From a virus, in IMG/VR virus record IMGVR_UViG_3300029908_000016, positions 1-64,000 of that record: a DNA stretch of 64,000 bases. One strand, 5' to 3'. Shown piece by piece: positions 29,459 to 40,487 of this stretch (positions are counted from its first letter, which is position 1; the number at the start of each line of letters is the position of its first letter). The notes under the pieces are model-generated. The model was not told where the DNA came from. It searched no databases and was given only the letters and a program-made list of their open reading frames with translations. A program made the position numbers and the translations under genes.

Positions 29459-30171
29459 TAAGCTTCCAAATACCTAGCGGTATGAATATTAATAATAGTA
29501 TAGCCATTAAGAAAAATAGTGATATAGCTACACTAATAAAATCGGATAATGATCGAAAATCCATATTAATTTTTAAAGAAGTATTGACGATTTAAACAAT
29601 TCCTACGTAATGTCTTTCGTTTACGAGGAGGTAATATTGGCGATTCATCCAATATGGATTTACGTTTACCAAATATATCCTCGTAATTGTCTCTGTATTT
29701 TTCTAAGTCGATTGCTCGTGCTGCGTCTCTTGATCCTGCCATATATTTATTTTGTTGATTGATAAATTGTTAATACTATAAAAAAAGGCCAAAATACCCA
29801 AATAATCAAAAATGCTGAAATCACAACAAAATTGGTTATCAATTCATAAAAGCTCGTAAACCCTAATTCTTCAGTAAAATAACCTCTTTCGACTTCTGCG
29901 TTAATAAACAGAAAAATAGTTATTATCACCCCAATTAGGAAATACAGTTCTATCATGAGTATTGTTCTTTGAACCTTTTGATCTCTCTTCCAAACTGTCC
30001 AATACGCTTTTCTAATTCTGCCAATAAATTAGTATTTTTTGGACGTTCTGTTTTTGCTTTCTTTAATTCGTCTTCCAGCCATTGACGTACTTTTTGGAAC
30101 ATTTCCTTTTGGAATTTAATATCTTTTGTCATGCTGTAAAGTATATCCGATTAGTAAATTGTCAAATGAGA

Positions 30172-33100
30172 TTACGAGCATTTTGTCCAACCACATTCTT
30201 TACATTTAACACACCCACTTTCTCGTACAAGCGTACCAGATTCTTCACAAGAAGGACATTCCTCTCCCTTTACCAAAGTTCCATCCTTGATATATTTTTT
30301 TAGATTACGGGCAACGACCTTAGCAAAGCTTTGCATGTCTCCCTTTGTCTTTTCTAATTGATGTACGATAAACGATACGTCAGAGCCATGTCTGAGAGCG
30401 GTGGAAAGTATACGTGTCAATGCGTCTATATCCTCGTGCTTGGCTATATCGTTAAGTTGTACTTCTAATTCGTTAACTACTAAGAAGTATTGCCCTCTAG
30501 CTTTTTTGACTGTTTTCCCTTCTTTAATATCGGAGGGTATAACATCGTTTAAATTTCTACCCGTAAAGACTTCATAAGGCTTGTTGTGCATTAATCCCAC
30601 TACTACGTAAAACTGCTCACCTTTTATTCTAGAATGATAAACATCACAAGATAGCTCTTTTGGTCGTTTAATTACATTAGAGGGTTTAATTTCTTCAGTT
30701 TTGTTTTGGACTAAAACACCCGTTCTACAACCGTCACGATAAACAGTAACACCTTTCAAACCATGCTCCCAAGCGGCTGTATATATTTCGGAAATTTTAG
30801 ACTCCTCTACATCGTTTGGTAAATTTAATGTACTGGAAATGGCATGGTCGATGTTCTGTTGGGCAACTGCTTGTAGTTTTACACGTTTAATCCAGTCGAT
30901 GTCTTCAGCACAATTGCCAAACCAAGGAGATTTTTTCCAATCGGTTTCTCCAGTCACCTCCATCCACAGTTTTAATTTAGGATGGTAGACCTCAAATTCT
31001 TGCCAGCAGTCACCATTCTGATCGATGAAATCTACTTTGCCGTGTTTATCGCTTGGGTTGATTTTCTTGCGACGGGTATAAGGCTTAATTGTGTACACTG
31101 GTTCAATGCCTGAAGATGTTTGTGTAAGTATGCTTACCGACCCAGCAGGTGCGATAGTTAAGTTGGCTATATTCCTACGACCATACTTTGAAATATTATT
31201 GTATAATTCAATGTTTTCTTCTTTGATCTTTAGTAGGAACGCCGAGTTCTTTTCTTTTTCCCAATTCCAAATTGGAAATGCTCCAATCTCCTTCGCCATT
31301 TCCATAGATGATTGAAACGAAGCGAGTTTCATTGCCTTATGAATGTCTCCTACGTGTTTAATTGCTTCTTCACTACTATAAGGAATATTTAAGGCCGCTA
31401 ACGCATCTCCCTCTGCTGTAATGCCCAATCCTGTTCTACGACCTTTCAAGCATTTATCTTTAACTTTAGTCCACACGTATAACTCTTCTGCTTTTACCGT
31501 ATCACTTTCAGGGTCATCTTTAATTTTGTTGATGATTGCTTCGATCTTTTCAAGTTCTAGGTCTACCAAGTCATCCATTAAACGTTGAGCAACCTTGGTA
31601 TATTCTATAAACTTTTCAAAATCAAAACTGGCTTCTTTAGTGAATGGATTGGTTATAAAGCTAAAAAGATTAATTAGCAGTAATCGACAGCTATCGAATT
31701 CACATAACCCAATCTCTGAACAATTACTAATATTAAACCCTTCGCACCAAAAGGTATGTGAGTCGTTATCTACCGTAATATCCCATACTTCTTCTGTTGC
31801 AACAAATTGTTTAGATATAATTTCCTTATTAATAACCTCGGGTTTATCACACAAAACCTTAGATAGATTGTTCATTCTTTCTTGTTTATCTAATTGAATA
31901 AATCCAACCATTTGTGCAAATAACCATTTGTCTCTTGTGATATTCAGGTCATAACTCTGTTTGCATAGATATGTGCCGTTTGTAAACGTAACATTCTTTT
32001 GTTTATTAACAGTATAATAAGACGCAATACCTAAAGAATTAAGCATGAGTTGTACAGTCTGTATTACTTCAAATGAAGCAGCTTTTAAAGTAATTCTCCC
32101 CCCTGCGATACTTCCGTTTGCTGAATAAAGCCCACGTAAAAATCCACATTTCTTACTCCTACTTCCATAAATAAATCTATCAGGAATTATTCTTTTAAAT
32201 GTGAGAGGTATTTCTAAATCCGTAATAGTTGTAGTTATATGCCAAGCGCAATCTTGTATAGTGTAGGCATCCTCATGAATTAAATGACTTATTTCACTTT
32301 GAAAATAGTCTTTATCTTTTTCTCCAATACATAATAGTTTATTTTTAGAAGCTTTATGATATGTACCGTCTCCTATAACTAGTCCGTCCATAATATCTTG
32401 AGGGTCTAATATAATTTCTTTTTCATAAGAAACACCTCGCAGGATATCTATACCTTCGGCGTCTTTGGCTTGTACCTTCTTACCTTTAAATACAAGTTCG
32501 TGATTTTCCGTACAAGTAATGGACCCATGAGTCGTGCTATATTTATAAGTATCTTTAATGCCTGTTTTGAATTTATTTATAACATTCGTCCAACCTTCCG
32601 AAGACCAAATTTTATCCCCTATTTTGATATCTCTTAGTTGTTTTATTCCTTCTTTTGTTAGAAGATGTGTGCTTAAAGGCAGGCAAGGATTCGTAGACAC
32701 TGTTTTGAACCCTTCGTCAGCATAACAATCGACAGCATTATAGTTAGTAATTCTATCCCAGAATAGAATTCCTGGCTCTGCCCGTAACCAAGCGGAGTTA
32801 ATAATCAATTTCCAGATATGAGAAGCTCTTACTTTTTTACTAATTAAAGGAGTTATACCCTTTTCTTTATAGTCTACTGGAAAACATTGTTCGTACTCTT
32901 CATCATTCTTTAAAGCATTTAAAAAGTCGTCGGTTAATCTCACCGATATATTAGCCCCTGTTACTTCCTTATCGTCATTTTTTATAGTTATAAATTGTTC
33001 TATATCAGGATGATGAACAGACAGTGTAAGCATTAAGGCCCCTCGTCTACCATCTTGACAGACTTCACGAATACTATTAGAATACCTACGCATCCAACTT

Positions 33101-33588
33101 ACAATCCCTGTGGAAGTCCTGGCTGCATTGCTGGTTAGTGTACCACTTGGGCGTAAGTTACTTAAATCCGTACCGTTACCCCCTCTTCTCTTACTTATTT
33201 GTACTAGCTGCTGGTCGGTCTTCATGATTCCTCCATAGGAGTCAGTTGGAGATTCCACAACAAAACAATTGCTAAGAGAAACAATTTGATGGTTGTTTCC
33301 AATTCCGTTCATTGGGCTACCTTGAGGCACTAAATATTTAAACTTATCAAAATAACTAAATATTTCTTCTTCTGTGTAAGGAGCTTTAAATTTAGTCTTT
33401 TCTATTCTTGCGAATTCTTTAGCCAGTCTCCAATGCATGTCTGTAGGCGATTGTTCTAATAACTCTTGGTTGTTATTTCTTAAAGCGTACTTATCAATAA
33501 ATACTTTGGCTGCTAATTCATCTCCTTTGAAATACTCAAGAGATTTTTCAAAAGCTTCCTGATAACTAAAAACTGTTGCCATGCACAT
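30172..33588 (-). CDS. nrdJ: class II (B12-dependent) ribonucleotide reductase with intein, C-terminal domain and Zn ribbon
   Basis: LSNCF, RRGA.M, HPDI, NISV, EPG, TNP|C.E, TIAPAGS, SSGIEP, KGVTVYRDG and CPSC...CKEC motifs. Confidence 0.93.
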   Translation of the reverse strand: MCMATVFSYQEAFEKSLEYFKGDELAAKVFIDKYALRNNNQELLEQSPTDMHWRLAKEFARIEKTKFKAPYTEEEIFSYFDKFKYLVPQGSPMNGIGNNHQIVSLSNCFVVESPTDSYGGIMKTDQQLVQISKRRGGNGTDLSNLRPSGTLTSNAARTSTGIVSWMRRYSNSIREVCQDGRRGALMLTLSVHHPDIEQFITIKNDDKEVTGANISVRLTDDFLNALKNDEEYEQCFPVDYKEKGITPLISKKVRASHIWKLIINSAWLRAEPGILFWDRITNYNAVDCYADEGFKTVSTNPCLPLSTHLLTKEGIKQLRDIKIGDKIWSSEGWTNVINKFKTGIKDTYKYSTTHGSITCTENHELVFKGKKVQAKDAEGIDILRGVSYEKEIILDPQDIMDGLVIGDGTYHKASKNKLLCIGEKDKDYFQSEISHLIHEDAYTIQDCAWHITTTITDLEIPLTFKRIIPDRFIYGSRSKKCGFLRGLYSANGSIAGGRITLKAASFEVIQTVQLMLNSLGIASYYTVNKQKNVTFTNGTYLCKQSYDLNITRDKWLFAQMVGFIQLDKQERMNNLSKVLCDKPEVINKEIISKQFVATEEVWDITVDNDSHTFWCEGFNISNCSEIGLCEFDSCRLLLINLFSFITNPFTKEASFDFEKFIEYTKVAQRLMDDLVDLELEKIEAIINKIKDDPESDTVKAEELYVWTKVKDKCLKGRRTGLGITAEGDALAALNIPYSSEEAIKHVGDIHKAMKLASFQSSMEMAKEIGAFPIWNWEKEKNSAFLLKIKEENIELYNNISKYGRRNIANLTIAPAGSVSILTQTSSGIEPVYTIKPYTRRKKINPSDKHGKVDFIDQNGDCWQEFEVYHPKLKLWMEVTGETDWKKSPWFGNCAEDIDWIKRVKLQAVAQQNIDHAISSTLNLPNDVEESKISEIYTAAWEHGLKGVTVYRDGCRTGVLVQNKTEEIKPSNVIKRPKELSCDVYHSRIKGEQFYVVVGLMHNKPYEVFTGRNLNDVIPSDIKEGKTVKKARGQYFLVVNELEVQLNDIAKHEDIDALTRILSTALRHGSDVSFIVHQLEKTKGDMQSFAKVVARNLKKYIKDGTLVKGEECPSCEESGTLVRESGCVKCKECGWTKCS
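31723..32685 (-). mobile_element. 321-aa intein with LAGLIDADG endonuclease in the nrdJ NPC motif
   Basis: STNP|CLPLSTHL...TENHEL...VWDITV...HTF...ISN|CSEIGL; GLVIGDG and FLRGLYSANG motifs. Confidence 0.92.
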
Positions 33589-33729
33589 CCTTTTCTTGAT
33601 TGTTGTGAACCCTTATTCTTACTGAACTTTCATTTAAAATCCAGCCTTTTAAAGGAAAACAATCTACTTCTTCTTGTTCTTTACGCAACTGATTTTTTCA
33701 ACTAAGATTAGATAAGGAGAACTGTATTC

Positions 33730-34482
33730 ATGGCTCGAAAATTAAAGAATGGCTGGCTTCCTGACCTACCGGACCACAGGGACTATTCTGTAGACTATGA
33801 GAGAATAGTCGATCTACCCTCTGTCATAGATTTACGAGCATCTATGCCTCCTGTCTATGATCAACAAGACAGTTCAAGTTGTACAGCTAACGCTATAGCG
33901 GGAGCAATTGAACATCAATTGATTACGCAAAAGTTAGAAGAGTTTACACCCTCTCGCTTGTTTATTTATTACAACGAAAGAGCTTTAGAAAATAGTGTTA
34001 CTTCCGATAGTGGGGCACAAATCAGAGATGGTATCAAAACTGTAGTTTCTGCAGGTGTTTGTGCTGAAAAAGAGTGGCCTTTTGATTTGACTAATTTATT
34101 TACCAAACCGAATGATAATTGTTATGTAGAGGCTAAAAAGAATATTGTAGAAAGTTATACTCGATTAGGACAAAATTTACCCACATTAAAATCAGCATTA
34201 ATTAAAGGTTATCCTATTGTTTGCGGTATAACTTTGTATAACTCATTTGAATCCGATGATGTAGCTAAGTCCGGTATTGTACCTCTCCCTTCTAAAAAGG
34301 AAGAATGTCTAGGAGGTCATGCTGTTTTGATTTGTGGTTATAACGATGCGAATCATTCTTTTATAGTAAGAAATAGCTGGGGAGCAGATTGGGGTATGGG
34401 GGGTTATTTTTCTCTTCCTTACGATTACATATTGAATAATGACCTAGCTTCGGATTTCTGGGTTATTAAGCTTGTTTCTTAA
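33730..34482 (+). CDS. papain-like C1A cysteine peptidase
   Basis: DQ..SSSCTANA, SRLFIYYNER, GGHAV and RNSWG..WG..GYF motifs. Confidence 0.92.
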   Translation: MARKLKNGWLPDLPDHRDYSVDYERIVDLPSVIDLRASMPPVYDQQDSSSCTANAIAGAIEHQLITQKLEEFTPSRLFIYYNERALENSVTSDSGAQIRDGIKTVVSAGVCAEKEWPFDLTNLFTKPNDNCYVEAKKNIVESYTRLGQNLPTLKSALIKGYPIVCGITLYNSFESDDVAKSGIVPLPSKKEECLGGHAVLICGYNDANHSFIVRNSWGADWGMGGYFSLPYDYILNNDLASDFWVIKLVS

Positions 34483-34484
34483 GC

Positions 34485-36947
34485 ATGAAACCTATTCCTC
34501 CATATGGTGAAGGCTTTGGTAAATGGAAGCCCAACAGTAGACAAGAATTACATTTATCATTATTGAAAAGTTTCAAGAAGCATATGAATAGTCCTGATGT
34601 TCAACATGTACAAAGTTGGCATGAAAAAGATTTAAGTAAGCTAAAAAAAGAATCTATTGATTTAGCTAAAGAAGAAATGTTTTCAAAAAAAGAATTGGGT
34701 GATGTAAATACCTATATTCTTGGTAAAGATGAATTAGAGAAACCTAGAGAATTATCAGAAGAAGAGAAGAATAGAATAAATCTTCGTAAACGAATAGGGT
34801 GGACTTTGTTTGATCCATTGGTGACCAATCAAAAGATGGACGCTACTCAGATTATTCAAAATCCTATTTATCGAGGGGCTTTAAATACTGTAGGAACAGC
34901 TACTCCTGCTTTTATAACTGGAACGATGATGGGTGCAGGGCTAGTGTCCTTGCTAGCTAAGAAGCCTAGCCTTTTAAAAACTTTAGGAACGGGGTTAGCC
35001 ACAGGTACGTTAGCCGCCTTACCTTCTACTTTAAACATTCACGACAACTACAAAAAGCAAAAACTGTATAACGATATAACTGAAGAGTTCATTAAACACC
35101 ATCCAGAAGGACAGATAACGACAATGCCAACAATTCTAAAAGATATGTTGGATAAACCAAGATCGGTTAGTAAACTAAAATTAGATAATAAGAAAATTGT
35201 TAAAAAATCGGATGATCAATGGGAACACGTTTATCATTCTAGAGAAAAAGGCTTTGAAAAAATGCCTTGGCAACACCGAGTAGGGTTAAGGATAGGTGAA
35301 AATCCGTATAGGATGGTATCTGCGATTTCAGGTGGTCTGAACCTTCCGTTATCATTATATGAAGGGTTTAAAACACATGCGAGTAAGAAACAAGAATATA
35401 ATGATCTAAAAGACAGATTTGAGCAGAGAATGAAAAAGAAACGGGAAGCTGAAGTATTTCTTACAAAAGTCAAAACACCAATTTATAAAAAACATCATGG
35501 TCAGAAAGAAAAGATTAAAGATTTTGATAATTTGTTTAAGACTTCGGTAGATAAAGAGCCACTGTTAGAACATCAGAAACGAGTTGTAGAACGGTTATCT
35601 AAATCTGATCAACCAGGCTTAATATTGATGCATGGTTTGGGGTCAGGAAAAACGAGATCTAGTATTGAAGCCTACAAATCATTAGGATTACCTACCGAAG
35701 CAATTGTACCCGCTGCTCTAAAAGGTAATTTCGAAAAGGAATTACATAAATGGGTAGGTAAACATCCAAAAGACTTGGATATTACTTCTCAGCAAGAAAT
35801 AGCACGTAATGGTCTACCCGAACATGCGTTAGATGGTAAATTGATGATTGTTGACGAAGCTCATCGTTTGCGTAATGAAGATACCAAACTTTATAAAAAT
35901 CTCAAGACACAGAATCCTGCTAAGCGTTTATTGTTATCTGGAACTCCAATTTATAATAACCCATCGGATATATCAAAATTAATTAATTTAGCAGCTGGTA
36001 AAGATATTCTTCCAGAACGTAAGCCGGAATTTGAACAGGAATATATTGGTCAACGGACAGTATTTCCTACTCTAGTGCATCGCATGTTAGGTGTAAGTCC
36101 AGGGCAGGAACAGTATGTTAAAAATCCTGAATATCTAAAAAAAGTATTTCATAAGTTAATTGATTATCACGCTGGTAATTCTGAAGGATTCCCTGATGTT
36201 AAGGAAGAACGTATCAATGTACCAATGGGTAAAGATCAACAGCATATATACAAAGCTTTGATGAAAGATTTACCATGGTATTTAAGATTAAAAGTATCTG
36301 CTGGATTACCTCCTGATAAGAAAGAGTTGGATAAACTGATACCATTCCTATCAGGTGCAAGAATGATTTCAAATTCAACTTCAGGATTCAAGAAAGATAA
36401 TACGGAAATTGAATCTCCAAAAATTGATAAAGCTGTAGAATATCTAAAGCAGAAAATGCAGGAAGATCCTGAATATAAAGGTGTAGTTTATTCAAATTAC
36501 TTAAATAATGGTGTAAATGAATATAAACATAAGTTAGATGAAGCAAAGATACCTTACGGGGAATTTACTGGTGAGATTAATGAAAAGAAAAGAAATCAGT
36601 TAGTCAAAGATTACAATGCTAATAAAATAAAAGCGTTATTACTATCATCGGCTGGAGGAGAAGGTTTGGATTTGCGCGGGACAAGATTAATCCAAATTTT
36701 AGAACCACATTTTAATAATCCTAAAGTTGATCAAGTAATTGGTAGAGCAGCTAGATATAAATCACATGAAGGATTAGCTAAGGACAAACAAAATGTGTTA
36801 GTACAACGATATTTTTCTACATTAAATCCTGGTATGCTTGATAAGTTAAGAGGCAAGAAACCTACAAGTTCCGATGAATATCTTCAAAATCTAGCCGATC
36901 AAAAAACTCAATTGAATAATGAGTTTATCAATCTAATAAAAAATTAA
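34485..36947 (+). CDS. SNF2-like SF2 helicase with long N-terminal extension
   Basis: HGLGSGKT, DEAH, SGTP, GEGLDL and QVIGRAAR motifs; hydrophobic segments in the first ~350 aa. Confidence 0.9.
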   Translation: MKPIPPYGEGFGKWKPNSRQELHLSLLKSFKKHMNSPDVQHVQSWHEKDLSKLKKESIDLAKEEMFSKKELGDVNTYILGKDELEKPRELSEEEKNRINLRKRIGWTLFDPLVTNQKMDATQIIQNPIYRGALNTVGTATPAFITGTMMGAGLVSLLAKKPSLLKTLGTGLATGTLAALPSTLNIHDNYKKQKLYNDITEEFIKHHPEGQITTMPTILKDMLDKPRSVSKLKLDNKKIVKKSDDQWEHVYHSREKGFEKMPWQHRVGLRIGENPYRMVSAISGGLNLPLSLYEGFKTHASKKQEYNDLKDRFEQRMKKKREAEVFLTKVKTPIYKKHHGQKEKIKDFDNLFKTSVDKEPLLEHQKRVVERLSKSDQPGLILMHGLGSGKTRSSIEAYKSLGLPTEAIVPAALKGNFEKELHKWVGKHPKDLDITSQQEIARNGLPEHALDGKLMIVDEAHRLRNEDTKLYKNLKTQNPAKRLLLSGTPIYNNPSDISKLINLAAGKDILPERKPEFEQEYIGQRTVFPTLVHRMLGVSPGQEQYVKNPEYLKKVFHKLIDYHAGNSEGFPDVKEERINVPMGKDQQHIYKALMKDLPWYLRLKVSAGLPPDKKELDKLIPFLSGARMISNSTSGFKKDNTEIESPKIDKAVEYLKQKMQEDPEYKGVVYSNYLNNGVNEYKHKLDEAKIPYGEFTGEINEKKRNQLVKDYNANKIKALLLSSAGGEGLDLRGTRLIQILEPHFNNPKVDQVIGRAARYKSHEGLAKDKQNVLVQRYFSTLNPGMLDKLRGKKPTSSDEYLQNLADQKTQLNNEFINLIKN

Positions 36948-36949
36948 TT

Positions 36950-37528
36950 ATGAAAAAGGAAGCAATCAATCCAGGAGCGATTTATGGTGAAGTAGTAGAA
37001 ACACTGGCCAATATGTTACGAACGCCTCCTACCCCACCCCCTGCTCCAACAACAACATCGAACGATAAGAATACTAATCCTACATCTGGAGACAGCTTAT
37101 TGATCAATAATAAAACAGCTGAAGAAAATGGTTTGTCATTTATGGGTGAAGCGTTTGAAAACGCAAAACCTTTAAATAAAGAAAAGAAGCCAATCACAAA
37201 AAAGGAAAAACCAGCTGTTGATCCCAATTGGCGTAAAAATATGAATAGTATGCATACGCCTGTTGATGAACCAAAAAACTTTAAACAGGAAGTTTTGGAA
37301 AGATTAAAGATCAATCCAAAGAAACATATGCCTGTAAAGAATCTTCAAAAGAATCATAAGCCATTTATGGATTTATCGAAAGCCAAGCATAATAAACTAT
37401 TGGCTCATTTAACAAAACATAAGTTACCTTACGGTGTGGCAGCTATTGGATTGGGTGCATTGGGTACAAAAGCAGTGTTCGATCATTTGAATAAAGAAGA
37501 ACAAACAGATAGTCATGCAAAAGTTTAG
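36950..37528 (+). CDS. putative virion/internal protein
   Basis: C-terminal glycine-zipper-like segment. Confidence 0.5.
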   Translation: MKKEAINPGAIYGEVVETLANMLRTPPTPPPAPTTTSNDKNTNPTSGDSLLINNKTAEENGLSFMGEAFENAKPLNKEKKPITKKEKPAVDPNWRKNMNSMHTPVDEPKNFKQEVLERLKINPKKHMPVKNLQKNHKPFMDLSKAKHNKLLAHLTKHKLPYGVAAIGLGALGTKAVFDHLNKEEQTDSHAKV

Positions 37529-37789
37529 TAGTCTACCAATGGATTTCAATACACGTATTATACAACAATTGCGTACTTTACGCAGACCAAAAGGTAATAC
37601 GTATAATCTACTATCGAGTATTACTCAAGACCCTGCAGGTAGTGGATATATCAAAGATTTGAATGATAAGCCCCTATTGGCTACATTCCGTGATAATAAA
37701 ACGAATGGCAACTTTTCAATCAACCCAGATTTTCAGCCTATTGATATTGCTTTAAAATTACGTAAACTTCGAAATGCTTTTCGTAATTC

Positions 37790-38335
37790 TCAAATACAGT
37801 AGTCTTCAAAATCTTCGAAGCTAACTGTTGCTCTACATTTATCATTGTCGTTATGCGTATAGACCTTGATATTTACACCATTTGGTCTATTAAAACCAAT
37901 TCTACGTAAAATTGAGATTAATTGACTCATTTCTCGTTTACGATTGTATTTGGTAAAGAATGTAGGTTCTTTGATTTTATGCACTTTTGATCCCCAGCAT
38001 TCTAATAATCCCCATTGTTTGGGAATAAGAAAAGGATTCAATAATCCTTTAGGAGTAAGGTAATAACGTGTATACCCCATACCCGCCTCAACATCAGTAC
38101 GGAACGACTTATTACTATCCGCACGAAAATCAGAAACAGAGGTTTTACATTCAATCAAAGTGGATAATCCATTAGCTCGATAGCCTATGGCGTCTGCTGA
38201 TTCGTAATCTGTAAGTTCTGTAACAACAATACAATGATCTCGTTTTAACCATTTTGCAGCCCGTTGTACTAGATCATCGTGTGTCATGTTATAGACTTGG
38301 AAATTCTTTAGCAAATATAGCATTAATTGAATCAT
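37790..38335 (-). CDS. PD-(D/E)XK nuclease-fold protein (MmcB-like)
   Basis: ADAIG...LIECKTS.SDF.AD and WGLL motifs. Confidence 0.65.
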   Translation of the reverse strand: MIQLMLYLLKNFQVYNMTHDDLVQRAAKWLKRDHCIVVTELTDYESADAIGYRANGLSTLIECKTSVSDFRADSNKSFRTDVEAGMGYTRYYLTPKGLLNPFLIPKQWGLLECWGSKVHKIKEPTFFTKYNRKREMSQLISILRRIGFNRPNGVNIKVYTHNDNDKCRATVSFEDFEDYCI

Positions 38336-38936
38336 TCAATGGAATGTCTCGTACTTTATCGTTCACTACTGAATGAGTAAATATACTATACTTGTCCCAG
38401 ACTTTTTTATTGAATTCATATTTATCATACCAGATTGGAAAGATATTATGTTTAGAAGATAAGTGTTTAATCAAGTCTAGTAGACTGGCCATCTGTGTCT
38501 TATTCAGATCAGCATAATGATAGTAACCTCGAAATTCTTTTTCGATTACCGGGCCAGTATAAATATTTTGATGATGAACATAACCATTGATGTAGTAGTT
38601 ACCATTTTCTTTGATTAAATTATTTTCATTGAGTAGTTCAATCCCGATACTCATTTTATCATATACACCATAACGATCATTGATATTTAGATGATAGCTC
38701 CAGTATTGATCATCATATGTTTGAACTATGTTACCATTACGTTCAATGATGTAGGGAGATGAGAATTTATCAGAATTATCATTCCAGCGATCAATTAGAT
38801 TTTGTGCATTGCCTCTTACACCTTTTAATGGAGAGAATTCTGTACGAGTATTACTACCGTGAATAACAATATATTTCTTTTCTGTAATCGTAGAAATATA
38901 TGCTTTAGGGGATAATTCTTTTTTAATATGTGGCAT
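38289..38936 (-). CDS. N-acetylmuramoyl-L-alanine amidase-like protein (Amidase_2)
   Basis: IVIHGS, YIIERNG.I.Q, WSYH, SIGIEL and FTHS motifs. Confidence 0.8.
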   Translation of the reverse strand: MPHIKKELSPKAYISTITEKKYIVIHGSNTRTEFSPLKGVRGNAQNLIDRWNDNSDKFSSPYIIERNGNIVQTYDDQYWSYHLNINDRYGVYDKMSIGIELLNENNLIKENGNYYINGYVHHQNIYTGPVIEKEFRGYYHYADLNKTQMASLLDLIKHLSSKHNIFPIWYDKYEFNKKVWDKYSIFTHSVVNDKVRDIPLNDSINAIFAKEFPSL

Positions 38937-39002
38937 AGAGTATATTGATTAATGTTAAGTAAAAGATGGCTCTAACTTGACATTATCGGGAGGTAATAGT
39001 TA

Positions 39003-39500
39003 TTATTTCGTCCATGCCAAGGTTGCTCCTCGTTGATGATTATAATGTCCAACTTCTTGATATTTCTTGATTTCTGGAGCATCATTTTCAAAAAACATAA
39101 TCTGACATATCGGTTCACCGACCCTTAGACTCACTGGCCAACAGATTAGATTCTTAATTTCCAAAGTAATATTACCTTCAAAACCTGGGTCGATCAATCC
39201 AGCAAATTCTACAGAAATTCCAGTTCTTGCTTTCGAAGATTTTCCACAAACAATACCTGTTAAATTATCAGGTATTTTGACAATCTCCTTTGTACCTCCT
39301 AATACAAATTGATTAGCTTCTAATGTAAACCAACTACTATTATTGGTCATGTCAAAGTAACCAACGATTCTTGGGTCAGGTATTCGAAATTCAGAACATA
39401 AGGTCAGATCATAACTTACAGGGTTCAATAACCGTTCATCATAAGGAGTAATGAGATCACTAGACAATGCGAGTTCTTTGATTTTTTTATCATTTAACAT
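39003..39500 (-). CDS. dcd: dCTP deaminase
   Basis: NPVSYDL, GKSSKAR.G, AGLIDPGFEGNITLEI and ICQI motifs. Confidence 0.9.
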   Translation of the reverse strand: MLNDKKIKELALSSDLITPYDERLLNPVSYDLTLCSEFRIPDPRIVGYFDMTNNSSWFTLEANQFVLGGTKEIVKIPDNLTGIVCGKSSKARTGISVEFAGLIDPGFEGNITLEIKNLICWPVSLRVGEPICQIMFFENDAPEIKKYQEVGHYNHQRGATLAWTK

Positions 39501-39791
39501 AAATATTATTGTGAGGTTTGTTTAGATGATGTTTAAAAGAGCTTTAGCAAATTTTTTAATTTCTTCAGATAGCTCTTCACCTTCATCTTCAATCTTATGA
39601 AAGTTACTGTATTTATAAGTATCATTTTCTAACTTGGATACTTTCAATAAAGTAGTATTATCGAAAATAATCATAATCTCTTCGGCTTCAGGATCTACAG
39701 TAATATCAAAATTCATAAGCTTGGTTTATGCATCAAAAATAAGGTAGAATTGATCCTTTGTCAAAGATTATTTTTATGTTAAGTTATTAAT

Positions 39792-40487
39792 ATGAACGAT
39801 GTTCTGACTCGCCAGGAAAAGATACAACAAATACGTGACTTCTTTAATAAAACAAAAATCGATAAATCAGTTACGCAGCATACGTTGAATAAAGAATATA
39901 GTAATGTTAATCCTGAATTATTAACTACTACTTCTGGTAAATTACTAAGAATTCATAAAAATGAAGTAGATCCCGATGATCGAGATAATCTGCTGTTCTC
40001 AAAGTTTCATGGACTAGAAGATCATCTAGTACAACATGTACAAAAAGATGCCGGAAAGCTTAATGCTAAAGCTAGAATGAAGATGGAGCAGAAGAAAAAT
40101 TTAAGTTGGTTAGACGCTGGGTTTTGGAGTCCTCAACTACGCAGTGTACTGGTATCTAATAGTTTAACCCAACCAATTGACGGTATAAATCCAATAGAAT
40201 TTTTATCGTTGTCGCATAAAGTAACCAAAATGGGAGAAGGTGGGATTTTTTCTTCAGAATCCGTGCCTCAAGAAAGCCATCAAATCAGTGACTCATCCTT
40301 TGGTTGGATCGACCCTATGCAAGTTCCAGAATCTTTAGATATTGGAGTTACAAGTTATTTTACTCAAGGTACAAGAAAAGGTTTTGATAATAAACTTTAT
40401 AAATTAGTGAAAGATAAAAATGGTAATAAAGTTTGGAAGGACCACGAGACTTTATTGAACAGTGTGGTGGATATCCCGGAATACTAA
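39792..40487 (+). CDS. RNA polymerase beta subunit, middle fragment
   Basis: DDRDNL, QPIDGINPIE...HKVTKMGEGG and FGWIDPMQVPES..IG correspond to RpoB DDIDHL, NPL..ITH.RRLSALGPGG and GRICPIETPEG.NIG. Confidence 0.85.
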   Translation: MNDVLTRQEKIQQIRDFFNKTKIDKSVTQHTLNKEYSNVNPELLTTTSGKLLRIHKNEVDPDDRDNLLFSKFHGLEDHLVQHVQKDAGKLNAKARMKMEQKKNLSWLDAGFWSPQLRSVLVSNSLTQPIDGINPIEFLSLSHKVTKMGEGGIFSSESVPQESHQISDSSFGWIDPMQVPESLDIGVTSYFTQGTRKGFDNKLYKLVKDKNGNKVWKDHETLLNSVVDIPEY

